DNA from: a phage
Length of the DNA: 64,000 nucleotides
Sequence record: PZ179882.1
Reading direction: 5' to 3' (one strand)
Shown here: positions 18,430-28,262 of the stretch, one piece after another
Layout of the letters: the number at the start of each line of letters is the position of its first letter
How positions within the stretch are numbered: position 1 is the first letter of the stretch
Notes under the pieces: generated by a model
What the model was told of the DNA's origin: nothing
Seen by the model: the letters and a program-made list of their open reading frames with translations, nothing else
Database searches by the model: none
Position numbers and translations under genes: made by a program

Positions 18430-20243
18430 TGGTGTTTAACCCTATGCATGATTTCTTTATTTTTTCCAAGATTAAATCCGCGCTCGTTCGGATTTCCCAA
18501 ATAGCCACATGTTCTTCTTATTGTGTTCATCTTTTTAGGATCAGTTTCTCCACAAATAGAACAAACAAATCCGTTTTCAGTAGGAGTCATTTCATGGGTA
18601 CTTCCACACGTAAAACATTTATCTACTGGCATATTAACACCAAAATAATCTAAATGTTGTGCAGCATAATCCCATACAGCCTCAAGACCTTTTAGATTAT
18701 TTTTCATATCAGGAAGTTCAACATAAGAAATGTGACCGCCTGTCGCGATGAAATGATATGGGGCTTCGCGAGAAATCTTTTCAAACGGAGTAATATTTTC
18801 TTCTACTGAAACATGGAAACTGTTAGTGTACCAGCCTTTATCGGTAACATCTTTTACACTTCCATATTTTTCGGTATCAAGTTTACAGAAGCGATAGCAC
18901 AGGTTTTCAGCAGGAGTAGAATACAAGCTAAAAGCAAAACCAGTTCTTTCAGTCCACTGCTTAAGATGAGCATTCATTTTAGTTAAAATTTCTTGTCCAA
19001 TATCACGACCGACAAGAATATTCAATTCGTGAATACCAATGTATCCTAAGGACACTGAACTTCTACCGTTTTTAAATAACTCAATTATATCGTCATCGGG
19101 TTTAAGACGAACCCCGAATGCACCTTCTTGATAAAGAATAGGAGCAACAGTAGCTTTAACTCCTTTTAAGGAACTAATTCTACACATCAATGCTTCAAAA
19201 CATAAATTCATTCGCTCATTGAACAATTCAGTAAATTTCTGTTCATTGAACTGTGTTCCAATATAAGAATCTAACGCAATACGAGGAAGATTCAGTGTTA
19301 CAACACCAAGATTATTACGTCCATCAAGAATTTCATTACCAGTCGAATCTTTCCATACGCCCAAGAAACTACGGCAACCCATTGGAGAAACAGGAATAGA
19401 TGAACCAGTGATAGCTTTATTGTTCTTAGCTGAAATAATATCAGGATACATTCTTTTGCTTGCACACTCTAGAGCAAGCTGCTTAATATCATAGTTCGGA
19501 TCGTCTTTATAAAGATTAACACCCTCTTCAACGAACATAACAAGTTTAGGGAAAATAGGAGTTATCCCATCACGACCGAGACCTTTAATACGATTTTTCA
19601 GAATTGCTTTCTGAATCATTCGTTCAGTCCAGTCAGTTCCAGTACCAAATGTAATTGTTACAAAAGGCGTTTGTCCATTTGAACTAAAGAGAGTATTTAC
19701 TTCATATTCATAAGCTTGGAACGCATCGTATACGTCTTTTTCTGTTTTAGATTGGGCATAATTCAATGCATCAGCGATTTGCCATTTTTCTGCGTCCTCA
19801 ATATGTTTTGCATAGGTGCGTTTAACATAAGGAGAAAGTACTTTGTCTACATTCGCAAAAGTCGTTCCGCCGTATTGATGGGAAGCAACTTGCGCAGTAA
19901 TTTGCGCCATAATTGCAGTAGCAACGCCAATTGATTTAGGAGTTTCAATCTGTGCATTACCAAGCTTAAATCCGTTTTCAAGCATTCCTTTTAAATCTAC
20001 TAAACAGCAATTAGTAAATGGAAGAGCAGGGGAATAATCAATATCGTGGAAATGGATAATTCCGCTTTCATGCGCTTTCATAATAAAAGACGGGACCATA
20101 TTTTTGGCAATGTGTTTAGACACAATACCAGCCATAAGGTCCCGTTGAGTTGGAAAAACACGAGAATCTTTATTAGCATTCTCGTTTAAAAGGTCTTTAT
20201 TAGTTTTATGAATCAATCCTTCAATTTCTTTTTCAATTGTCAT
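18426..20243 (-). CDS. nrdD: anaerobic ribonucleoside-triphosphate reductase, uninterrupted
   Basis: 605 aa continuous ORF; C-terminal glycyl-radical motif RRTCGYLG and Zn-ribbon cysteines. No intron present. Confidence 0.93.
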   Translation of the reverse strand: MTIEKEIEGLIHKTNKDLLNENANKDSRVFPTQRDLMAGIVSKHIAKNMVPSFIMKAHESGIIHFHDIDYSPALPFTNCCLVDLKGMLENGFKLGNAQIETPKSIGVATAIMAQITAQVASHQYGGTTFANVDKVLSPYVKRTYAKHIEDAEKWQIADALNYAQSKTEKDVYDAFQAYEYEVNTLFSSNGQTPFVTITFGTGTDWTERMIQKAILKNRIKGLGRDGITPIFPKLVMFVEEGVNLYKDDPNYDIKQLALECASKRMYPDIISAKNNKAITGSSIPVSPMGCRSFLGVWKDSTGNEILDGRNNLGVVTLNLPRIALDSYIGTQFNEQKFTELFNERMNLCFEALMCRISSLKGVKATVAPILYQEGAFGVRLKPDDDIIELFKNGRSSVSLGYIGIHELNILVGRDIGQEILTKMNAHLKQWTERTGFAFSLYSTPAENLCYRFCKLDTEKYGSVKDVTDKGWYTNSFHVSVEENITPFEKISREAPYHFIATGGHISYVELPDMKNNLKGLEAVWDYAAQHLDYFGVNMPVDKCFTCGSTHEMTPTENGFVCSICGETDPKKMNTIRRTCGYLGNPNERGFNLGKNKEIMHRVKHQ

Positions 20244-20713
20244 TTTAAACTCTTTCTAAGCTGCTTCTTAAATGAAGCTATTAACTGTGTTTTAGTATCA
20301 GATTCATTATATTCAAATCCTCTTTGAAGCATCTCGGCCATCATTTCCTCTTTTCCTAAACGAGAAAATTCCTTTGATTTATCTCCAACAAAGTTAGGGT
20401 GAATATTATTTTGGGTGTAATCGGATTTTAAATAAGTAAGTAAATTTTCTAACCATTCAAGATAATCAACACCTTGTCCCTTTAAGCCAGAACGATTAAA
20501 TTTATGCTTCATTTGACCTTCTGCGGCATTGCAGAGATTACAAAGCAATCCACGTATCTTTCCTGCTTTTGGTCCATTTAATTCATGGTCATGATCAAGA
20601 TGATTAGCTTGAACATCAGGATTTAGTTCTCGTTGGCAAATTAAGCATTTACCGTTTTGTGCATTATAAAATTTTTGTTTTTCTTCTTTGTATAATTTGC
20701 CAGTCAATAACAT
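20240..20713 (-). CDS. 49: endonuclease VII (Holliday junction resolvase)
   Basis: 157 aa with CLICQ and HxH plus CNLCN zinc-binding motifs; size matches T4 gp49. Confidence 0.9.
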   Translation of the reverse strand: MLLTGKLYKEEKQKFYNAQNGKCLICQRELNPDVQANHLDHDHELNGPKAGKIRGLLCNLCNAAEGQMKHKFNRSGLKGQGVDYLEWLENLLTYLKSDYTQNNIHPNFVGDKSKEFSRLGKEEMMAEMLQRGFEYNESDTKTQLIASFKKQLRKSLK

Positions 20714-20720
20714 AATAAAA

Positions 20721-20745
20721 CCCTTACCTTAAATAGATAAGGGTA
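20721..20745 (-). promoter_or_regulatory. hairpin immediately upstream of the gene 49 start
   Basis: acccttaccttaaatagataagggt forms a 7-bp stem. A structure sequestering the gene 49 initiation region in long transcripts is known in T4. Confidence 0.4.
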
Positions 20746-20755
20746 TTTATTATTT

Positions 20756-20932
20756 TTAAGTATTGTAAAACATTCGATGCAATCGTTTATACTGTCGAAT
20801 CATCTTTTTAGTAGGACGAGAATAGGTTCCTACGCAAGTGGTCATATGAGGGTCCGTAGAATGTCCTTTAATAAAAAGTTTCCAAACCTTACCGCCATTT
20901 AACTTTTCAGTATAAACCAATTCGGTTTTCAT
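20756..20932 (-). CDS. small ORF (58 aa) with a pin-like C-terminus
   Basis: Hand translation: MKTELVYTEKLNGGKVWKLFIKGHSTDPHMTTCVGTYSRPTKKMIRQYKRLHRMFYNT. The last 14 aa nearly repeat the Pin C-terminus. Below the 60-aa ORF-track cutoff. Confidence 0.35.
   Translation of the reverse strand: MKTELVYTEKLNGGKVWKLFIKGHSTDPHMTTCVGTYSRPTKKMIRQYKRLHRMFYNT
20759..20812. repeat. direct repeat copy A (about 52 bp; partner at 20974-21027)
   Basis: tattgtaaaacattcgatgcaatcgtttatactgtcgaat... versus tattataaaacatttgatgcaatcgcttatattgccgaat..., roughly 85 percent identical. Confidence 0.6.
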
Positions 20933-20969
20933 TAAAATGTCCTGTCAGAAAAAGAATTTTGAGTTTTTT

Positions 20970-21455
20970 TCAAGTATTATAAAACATTTGATGCAATCGC
21001 TTATATTGCCGAATCTTTTGGTCAGAAAAAGAAATTTGAGTTTCAAGCCATTCAATGTACTCTGCGGCAGCTTGCATCAGGTTACCTTCATAGCCATCGT
21101 TATTTTCTTGCGCAGCTAATTTAGCTAATGCGTATGAAATACGTTCACCTTGAAAAGAGGCTTCAGGCTTCTGAACATCTTGGCTAGTTCTCTCTACAAC
21201 TTCTTCAATTTCGCCATTTTCGACTGATTCAGTATTCCACAAGCACCAATACGTAATTGGCTTATCGTAGATGTTAATAATCTTTCCGTCGGAAAGTTCA
21301 ATTTCAATAATTCCAGTATCAGGTTCTATATCATCTTCACATTCTTTTGCAAGTTCACGAACTTTAAAGACAGTACCTGCACTAAGTTCCGGCCAGTAAT
21401 TACACAGCCCTATATCAACACGATTAATTCTAAACCACTTATCTACTGTAATCAT
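20970..21455 (-). CDS. pin: protease inhibitor Pin
   Basis: 161 aa from the ATG giving MITVDKWFRINRV; the ORF track extends it to a TTG. Size and position after gene 49 as in T4. Confidence 0.7.
   Translation of the reverse strand: MITVDKWFRINRVDIGLCNYWPELSAGTVFKVRELAKECEDDIEPDTGIIEIELSDGKIINIYDKPITYWCLWNTESVENGEIEEVVERTSQDVQKPEASFQGERISYALAKLAAQENNDGYEGNLMQAAAEYIEWLETQISFSDQKIRQYKRLHQMFYNT
20974..21027. repeat. direct repeat copy B (inside the pin 3' end)
   Basis: Partner of 20759-20812; a second short repeat gtcagaaaaagaa(a/t)tttgagttt occurs at 20943-20966 and 21021-21044. Confidence 0.6.
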
Positions 21456-21750
21456 GTCCCATCTCCATATCAATTAAGTCATTTATCGTTGGTTCATTAT
21501 ATACTGTTTCTTCATCAGTGTAAACCGGTTCTTCCGGCTCTGGCTCTACAGTTTCCCATCTAGCCGCCCACCAAGGTTTAACCCCGAAGCTTATTAAGTT
21601 CTTCATAATCAATCCAGGATTCTAATCCTGATGGCAAATCAGATTCAATTTCCCAAAGAAGCTCTTCAATTTTCTGAAGACGATCTAGTTCTTCGGCTGG
21701 AATAGTAACCATTGACGGAGCTCGTGATACATTAATATCGTAAATCATAT

Positions 21751-21966
21751 TTACCCCAATTTAACCATACAATCGCCGTATTTCCACTTAGAAATAGACT
21801 TTTCACCATTAGAATAATAAACTTCGAGTTTAGCACGATTATTTTTAATTTGAATAACCTTGGCTGTCATCAAAGTTCCATACCCATAATAAACTGCAAC
21901 TTCATCACCTACATATACCGCGCTTCCGCGGTAATCATGAATATAGTCAGTTCCTTCGAGCATCAT
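21751..21966 (-). CDS. hypothetical protein
   Basis: 71 aa ORF just downstream of nrdC. Confidence 0.45.
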   Translation of the reverse strand: MMLEGTDYIHDYRGSAVYVGDEVAVYYGYGTLMTAKVIQIKNNRAKLEVYYSNGEKSISKWKYGDCMVKLG

Positions 21967-22226
21967 TTAAAATATTCTCGCAGTTGGTCAAATCCACCAA
22001 TATGACTTCCATCAGGAGCAAATACCTGGGGCATTGTCAAGCCGATTTGAGTATCACGACCTAGTTTAGTCAGAAGCTCAGCAATTTTCTCATCATCAAA
22101 AACACCTTTTTCCGGCATAATGTTGATAAATTCAAACGGCTGTTTCTTCACGGTCAAAAGACGTTTTGCATTATCGCAATACACACATTTATGAATGTTG
22201 CTATCATAACCATATACTTTAAACAT
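21963..22226 (-). CDS. nrdC: thioredoxin/glutaredoxin NrdC
   Basis: 87 aa with CVYC redox motif. Confidence 0.88.
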   Translation of the reverse strand: MFKVYGYDSNIHKCVYCDNAKRLLTVKKQPFEFINIMPEKGVFDDEKIAELLTKLGRDTQIGLTMPQVFAPDGSHIGGFDQLREYFK

Positions 22227-22227
22227 A

Positions 22228-22470
22228 TTATTCCTTAATTCCTAGTACTTGTTTAAAAGTCTCGTCGTAATCAAGACTTTGGCCCGTTTGTTCTTTATGT
22301 TTGTATATAATATCACTTACTTCTGATAGCATATTTTTATATGAACGAGTTAAAGCAGATTTAAGCACGCTGTATCTATCAGGAAATTTACCATGTTCAT
22401 TATAATAAGCTATTGCTAATTCACGGACTGCCTTTTCAGCAGCCTCCATATATTCTTTACGCTTGGTCAT
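22228..22470 (-). CDS. hypothetical protein (nrdC.1 position)
   Basis: 80 aa ORF. Confidence 0.45.
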   Translation of the reverse strand: MTKRKEYMEAAEKAVRELAIAYYNEHGKFPDRYSVLKSALTRSYKNMLSEVSDIIYKHKEQTGQSLDYDETFKQVLGIKE

Positions 22471-22472
22471 TT

Positions 22473-22862
22473 TTAATCCAAAATATTATTAGGCATTGGT
22501 TGAACACTCACAAGTTCTTTAAAGAACTCAGTAGAGTCAGGCAATTTAACCATTTCCGGAGCATGCTTACTGAATTTATGTTTACATTGACGGCATTTAT
22601 ATTCAAGCTCTGGTTTACGCCAGTTAATCAATTGAACTTGTTCAGTACCGCATTCAGGGCAATTAGGAACGTTTTTAGAAGCTCTTTCACGTCGTTCAAC
22701 CATAGCCATAATAGCATCCCATGCTGGAGGTTTAAAATCTAAATCGTCGCAGCCGTGAATCTTTCCACGCATTTCTAGATCGTCTTCTTCACCAGCCATA
22801 ATAATTTTAATTAAACTGGAATTACTTGAAGCTGCAATGTCTTCTAATAAACGCTTTTTCAT
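22473..22862 (-). CDS. zinc-ribbon protein
   Basis: 129 aa; CPECG ... CRQCKH cysteine pairs. Confidence 0.5.
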   Translation of the reverse strand: MKKRLLEDIAASSNSSLIKIIMAGEEDDLEMRGKIHGCDDLDFKPPAWDAIMAMVERRERASKNVPNCPECGTEQVQLINWRKPELEYKCRQCKHKFSKHAPEMVKLPDSTEFFKELVSVQPMPNNILD

Positions 22863-23788
22863 TTCAATACCTCAATAGCATTACGTAAACCATTTGCTTT
22901 GGCGGTTAAAGCCTTAAGAACTTTAGTATGATCTTCAATCTGTTTTTCAACTTCAATTAAGCGTGTATTAAGATATTCGCGTTCTTCGCTCAGATTATCA
23001 GCCTTTTCTGCTTTAGGTTCTTTTACAACTGGCTTATACGTATTAGGGTTCTTCAATTTAATTAGAATGCGTGAACTGTATAACATTGAACCATTATCTT
23101 CGGTTTCATCATACATTTCCACTACGTCCATCATCTCCACCATCGTGCAGAGTTTATAAGACAACGAACGAATAGTTTTGTTGTGCTTATTAATTTCTCT
23201 AGCTGTCATGGTGCCGAGATTACGTGAGTAATAATAAGGAACCTGGATATTAATTAATACTGATGAACCACCTGGCTTGTGTGTTACTTCATCAGCAATA
23301 ACCCAGTCCTTAACATGAACTGTATTTGTACGGTCATCGCCCGCGGTAAATAGTTTACGAGCATGCTTAAAAAGCATATTCACTTGGTCATTGAATTGAC
23401 AGGCGAATTTATCAGCAAATTTAGTTTCAGGAATGGTAGATAACCAATCAGCCAAATGGGTCTTTTTAACATCGTTAACAATAGTAAATTCAACCAAATC
23501 GGTTATAGATGTCGCAGATTTAATGAAGCTCGGCTTCATAAAGTTTTTAATGTTATCACTAGCTACAGTAGAAGATAACAGACGAGAACGTTTAAACCAT
23601 TGAAGCAAATTGCCTAACGAATGAGAATAAGCGTTTTGAGTATCTTTACAGATATGATTTTCCTGGCCAACATATTGAAGGAAATCACGAAGAATATTAT
23701 TGATTACTGCTCTGTGCCCGATCTGATAATTACGATGTTTAGTAATAAGACTGTCAAAATAATCAATATAATGTTTACGAGTTTTCAT
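22859..23788 (-). CDS. hypothetical protein with C-terminal coiled coil
   Basis: 309 aa; N-terminus MKTRKHYIDYF; C-terminal heptad-like helix. Confidence 0.5.
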   Translation of the reverse strand: MKTRKHYIDYFDSLITKHRNYQIGHRAVINNILRDFLQYVGQENHICKDTQNAYSHSLGNLLQWFKRSRLLSSTVASDNIKNFMKPSFIKSATSITDLVEFTIVNDVKKTHLADWLSTIPETKFADKFACQFNDQVNMLFKHARKLFTAGDDRTNTVHVKDWVIADEVTHKPGGSSVLINIQVPYYYSRNLGTMTAREINKHNKTIRSLSYKLCTMVEMMDVVEMYDETEDNGSMLYSSRILIKLKNPNTYKPVVKEPKAEKADNLSEEREYLNTRLIEVEKQIEDHTKVLKALTAKANGLRNAIEVLK

Positions 23789-23840
23789 GTTCTTCTCACT
23801 TGGTTAATGATTTATACTCCGAGCCATCCTTGGCTTTAAA

Positions 23841-24843
23841 TTACTTAATTAACTGTAAAGCTTGTTCAAGACGATCCAGGCGATTAACAGATTCTTCCCA
23901 AATCCTTTTAGCCTGCTCATATTCTTTCTGCGCTTTATTAGAAATTTCTAGAGCTTCTTTATAAGCTTTTTCTAGTGCAATAACTTCTGGACGAATTTCT
24001 ACCGGTTCAGGCGAATCATCAAGACATTCCATTAGTTCCTCAAGGGTAGTTTCTTCTTTAGGAGTATTCACAATTTCATCACATTTTTGTTGGTAAATTT
24101 CTTTATCAGTCGGTAAATAAGCACATTTCACTTCACGAAGACTAACTACAATTTTATATCCTTCCCAACCGCATATACTCTTAAAAGGATACGTATGAAT
24201 ATTTTCTACTGTTTCCATACAAAGTAATGCAGTCTCTAATTGACGAGTTATATCACTAGCAATTGAGAAAAATTTATTAATGTTCTTTTGATTAGCTTCT
24301 GGCGTAAAAAATCCATAATTCACAAAAATAGCTGCTTTATTTTTATCAAGTTCATATTCTTTTATGATAATCATATCAGAAGCCCAAGGATGAATTTGAC
24401 GATAATCACCATAGCATAATTTAGAAGCTGATTTTAGAATTTGCTTTTTGAAAAGTCTGAAATTACTAATCCAACGACGAGTAAAAATATTCTCAGGGTC
24501 TTCTTTAATATTAAGATGATAAGAATTAACATCACCGAACCAATTATATCCTACTACATCTTTAGTTCGTTTAATTTCTTTCCCAAATTTACCAAGAATA
24601 TCCTGATTAACTAAATATGAAAGAAGACGAGAACCTTTAAAGGTTTCCTTAATATCACTTTTATCTTCGCGACTAGAAATTTTATGAACTTCATGAATAA
24701 ATTTGCTGGAAGAAACAATGCTTACATCAATATTATTGAGCCATTGATTGATAATGGAAATAACGTTATTCTGACTAGACATAGGTTTAACTTTATCATC
24801 AATAACACTATTGAATGATTTGATATATTCGTTACGAGTCATA
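23841..24843 (-). CDS. hypothetical protein with C-terminal coiled coil
   Basis: Start moved to the internal Met (MTRNEYIKSF) because the ORF-track start lies inside the promoter -10 element; GAGGAG ribosome-binding site precedes it. Confidence 0.5.
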
Positions 24844-24871
24844 TTAATCTCCTCAGTAGAAAGTAAGAACA

Positions 24872-24901
24872 TTATACCACATCCTTGTGGTAAAGTAAAC
24901 T
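24872..24901 (-). promoter_or_regulatory. T4-type early promoter
   Basis: Minus strand GTTTAC, spacer, TATAAT. Confidence 0.5.
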
Positions 24902-25922
24902 AGTTCAGTGCATTTAGTGCATTGTTCAGTTTAGAACGTTGCTTCGTGAGATTTTTGACTTTTTCTTGAGCTTTTTCTAGCGTCTTTTCAGCTTCTAGCA
25001 CTTCATTAGTTGCTTTAACGAGTTCATCATCTACTGCCTTGATAGACTTCTCAATCGCATCTGCATGCCATTTTTCAACAGGTTTAAGACTCGGATTTTC
25101 AATAGGAAGAAAATTCACTTTATTGAATTTCCATGCATCTTTATTACCTGAACTATACATCCAAAATTTAGGATCGTTTGATGAGTAATTGGATAAATTT
25201 AAGTTATCTTGCACTTCCTGCTTTTTCTCTTGTGTGACTTCGTCCTTTCTCAAAAAATCGTATTTAAATGAAACGATCATATCAAGTTCATATGTTGTTG
25301 TATGTTCCCAATTTCGCTCAAAATGAGGTAAAATCTTAGACTGAACAGCGGCAACAACATCCATATACTTAAATGCTTCTGTCAACTGTGATTTAAGGCA
25401 TTCACAAATTGAAAGAGAATTTTTTGTATTAGGTTTAAAGCTAATTCGTGCAGTTCTATTATTTTCTTTTAATGGTCTTACTTCCATCTGAAGAGTATAA
25501 CCATCAAATTTCAGGTTCTTTAAGTTAATGTCAGAACCTTTTAATCGACTAGCCGTCGACAAAATTTGCTTTAATTGTCTACGGAACAGAGCAATAAATC
25601 TCCATTCAATACGATAATGATTTGGATTGAAAAATCCAGATGATAAATCGACCTTACTTTGACCAACGCCTTGAACAAATAGAGGATTTTTATAATCAAT
25701 AGTTTTACAGAAATCGGTGAGCAGCTCACGAGCCGTCATTTGTGTAATATACCCTGCTTTACTAAAATTACGCACCCATTCACTGCTATTCGTATACTTA
25801 AAGTGATGAATAACACGATTAACTTTATCAGGGTCTAAATTATTTTCACACAAAAATGTCATAACATCACGAGTATAACTGGCATTACGAACTATATCTT
25901 CAATTTGAGAACGAGTTTTCAT
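24900..25922 (-). CDS. hypothetical protein with C-terminal coiled coil
   Basis: 340 aa; N-terminus MKTRSQIEDIV. Confidence 0.5.
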   Translation of the reverse strand: MKTRSQIEDIVRNASYTRDVMTFLCENNLDPDKVNRVIHHFKYTNSSEWVRNFSKAGYITQMTARELLTDFCKTIDYKNPLFVQGVGQSKVDLSSGFFNPNHYRIEWRFIALFRRQLKQILSTASRLKGSDINLKNLKFDGYTLQMEVRPLKENNRTARISFKPNTKNSLSICECLKSQLTEAFKYMDVVAAVQSKILPHFERNWEHTTTYELDMIVSFKYDFLRKDEVTQEKKQEVQDNLNLSNYSSNDPKFWMYSSGNKDAWKFNKVNFLPIENPSLKPVEKWHADAIEKSIKAVDDELVKATNEVLEAEKTLEKAQEKVKNLTKQRSKLNNALNALN

Positions 25923-25930
25923 GGTATTCC

Positions 25931-26833
25931 TTAAGATTTAAGTAAATCAACAATTTTAATTAACTTTTCACGCTCAGATTTAGCTTTACTACTCAATCCA
26001 GATAGTCTGAAAATTTCATCATCATATTGCTGAATAGAAATATTTAGCTCTTCAATCTGCTTATTAAAATAAGCAATTTGTTCAGAATGTTTTTCATTAC
26101 TGCGAACTGGTACAGGTTTTGTAGGTAATTTAGTTGAACTGGATTCATCTGGGCGATAAATTAAAATGCAATTTGAACCAATCGGACATTTAGCACCAGA
26201 CACATATTCTAATGTTCCGGCTTCTTTTAAAACTTCAAAAGCTAAACAGAGATGATGCCCCATATTAACATAATCTGTAGAGCGAGCTCTGATGTAATAA
26301 TCATCTCCACGAGTACTAAATTTAAAGCATTTAAGGTCTTCTGTATTATTGGTCTTAAAAATCATTTGTTTATCTAGACCTTTAGCTAATCGAGCGCCTA
26401 ATGCTAATAATCGTCGTTGATTTTCCCACAAATCCGCAATCATTTGGTCAAATGATAATTTCGGCATTAGTCGACCATAAAGGTCATATCCTTTATTATA
26501 ATTGCGAAGGATTTCACTCGCATTAATACGAGACAACGCTCCAATTTTATTAAGGGCTTTCATGATGCGATTAGATAAACCCATTCCAGATCCGTTTGTT
26601 CGTTGCAAATGTTTATCTAATCCAAACCCAATATCAACTTTAAATTTATCTAAAATTTCAGCATGAACATCTCTGTCAATAACATTCAAATCCAAAGTTG
26701 GGTTAAATCTATGAAAAAATTTATCTGGCTCTCCACGACGAAGTACAGTCCATTCATTTAATTTTTTATTAACTAAAGATTTAATTACTGCATTGACATT
26801 ATTAATTACTACTGACATATTTTCCTCACTCAA
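25931..26833 (-). CDS. hypothetical protein with C-terminal coiled coil
   Basis: 300 aa. Confidence 0.5.
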   Translation of the reverse strand: MSEENMSVVINNVNAVIKSLVNKKLNEWTVLRRGEPDKFFHRFNPTLDLNVIDRDVHAEILDKFKVDIGFGLDKHLQRTNGSGMGLSNRIMKALNKIGALSRINASEILRNYNKGYDLYGRLMPKLSFDQMIADLWENQRRLLALGARLAKGLDKQMIFKTNNTEDLKCFKFSTRGDDYYIRARSTDYVNMGHHLCLAFEVLKEAGTLEYVSGAKCPIGSNCILIYRPDESSSTKLPTKPVPVRSNEKHSEQIAYFNKQIEELNISIQQYDDEIFRLSGLSSKAKSEREKLIKIVDLLKS

Positions 26834-27234
26834 TTTTCAATTTTACTAAATATACAGAATAAGATGGAACAGACTATATAAGCACCACACACAGATTGAA
26901 CTAATACCATTCCAAAGAACCAAACAATATTATCAAACAATGTCTGTTTTACGTCGAAAGGACGTAAACTTACAGTAATATTATCACCTTTTTCTATTGA
27001 AGAATACATCTCTGGGGAAATATATTCACTAAATCTATAACCGTCTTTGAGTTCATATACGGCAATAAACGATAAACTAGACCCTTTTCCTTGTGTTCCT
27101 GTAATGGTATTAACTACAGTAACATCATAATCTTTATAATGCATATAATCATTAATTGCGTAATAACCATATGCAACTACTATACATAAACAACATATCA
27201 ATAAATTCAATCTTTTAATTATCAACCGTTTCAT
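26830..27234 (-). CDS. membrane protein
   Basis: 134 aa with N- and C-terminal hydrophobic segments. Confidence 0.5.
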   Translation of the reverse strand: MKRLIIKRLNLLICCLCIVVAYGYYAINDYMHYKDYDVTVVNTITGTQGKGSSLSFIAVYELKDGYRFSEYISPEMYSSIEKGDNITVSLRPFDVKQTLFDNIVWFFGMVLVQSVCGAYIVCSILFCIFSKIEN

Positions 27235-27289
27235 AATAATCTCAATTAAAAGGGCTTAGAACCATTATACCATCCTTGGTATAAAGCGG

Positions 27290-27817
27290 TTATGCGAGTA
27301 CCGTCTTTAACCGTTCTTCAAACTTCCGAAGAGTATTTTGGCGTTCAGCTCTTTGCTTTTTGTAAGTTTCAATACGCTCTGAAATGAGAGAGTATCGTTC
27401 ATTTACTGATTCTTTCATAAAATCAGGAATTTCACGAGAAGCTTTAATCTCGTCAAATTTATCAATAACAGCTTGCTCTTCAGCAATTAAGTTATCATAC
27501 ATTAAAATATCTTTCTTGATGAACTCAATATCTTCTTGAGTTACACGAGACATTTTAGATGCTTTATCCTTTTTGTACTGTTCGTTAGTATCACGAGACC
27601 AGTGTAATGTACGATTTTTATTCGTATTCTTGTAAATTTCTACAATACCGATCTCATCAATAATAACGATCCAATTCCAACGGGATTTGTAAATTTGTCC
27701 TCCATCAACAGTGATTTCACCTCCGATTGAGATGTCGTTAAAGAACTTGCTTTGCGCTTCAGATTTAAATTTGCCATCGTTGTAATTTACTAAGTTGAAA
27801 ATATCTTTAGCGTTCAT
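27290..27817 (-). CDS. hypothetical protein
   Basis: 175 aa charged protein directly downstream of an early promoter and GGAGG ribosome-binding site. Confidence 0.5.
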   Translation of the reverse strand: MNAKDIFNLVNYNDGKFKSEAQSKFFNDISIGGEITVDGGQIYKSRWNWIVIIDEIGIVEIYKNTNKNRTLHWSRDTNEQYKKDKASKMSRVTQEDIEFIKKDILMYDNLIAEEQAVIDKFDEIKASREIPDFMKESVNERYSLISERIETYKKQRAERQNTLRKFEERLKTVLA

Positions 27818-27842
27818 TTTCTGTTCCTCCGTAGTTGATAGG

Positions 27843-27875
27843 GTAATAATACCACAGAGGAACAGTCTTGTAAAC
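27843..27875 (-). promoter_or_regulatory. T4-type early promoter
   Basis: Minus strand GTTTACA, 17 nt, TATTAT, then GGAGG and ATG. Confidence 0.55.
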
Positions 27876-27877
27876 CA

Positions 27878-28192
27878 CTAAAAGAAACTTCTTTCACAAT
27901 TTTTTCCACTGAACCATGCACTTACCGCTTTCTTGGTCTCAGGAGCAGTGTTATCCATAAACCATTCAAAGGCAGCCTTTTTATGATTCTGGAGGGCTTC
28001 TCGGGCTTTAATCTGCTCACGGTCTATTAACACTAACATATGAGCCTTTCTTGTCACCATGGACTTCTTATGATTTTTTGAATACTCCCAGTCATTTGTC
28101 CATCGCATTGTCGTTGCGAATTGAAATACTGCTTCTTTAATTTTAGTTTCGTAAATTTCACGAGCCTTTGAGTATAACATCACTACCTCCAT
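27878..28192 (-). CDS. hypothetical protein
   Basis: 104 aa ORF. Confidence 0.45.
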   Translation of the reverse strand: MEVVMLYSKAREIYETKIKEAVFQFATTMRWTNDWEYSKNHKKSMVTRKAHMLVLIDREQIKAREALQNHKKAAFEWFMDNTAPETKKAVSAWFSGKNCERSFF

Positions 28193-28262
28193 TCACCAGT
28201 TTAATTCTAGTCATCTTTTTAATGGCAGTCCATATAATCTATTTCTGAACTGTCTTTTTGTC

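Noticed and set aside
18426-20243. Search for a group I intron and intron-encoded endonuclease in nrdD
   Set aside because: The ORF is continuous for 605 codons with conserved N- and C-terminal motifs; no interruption or embedded endonuclease ORF is present.
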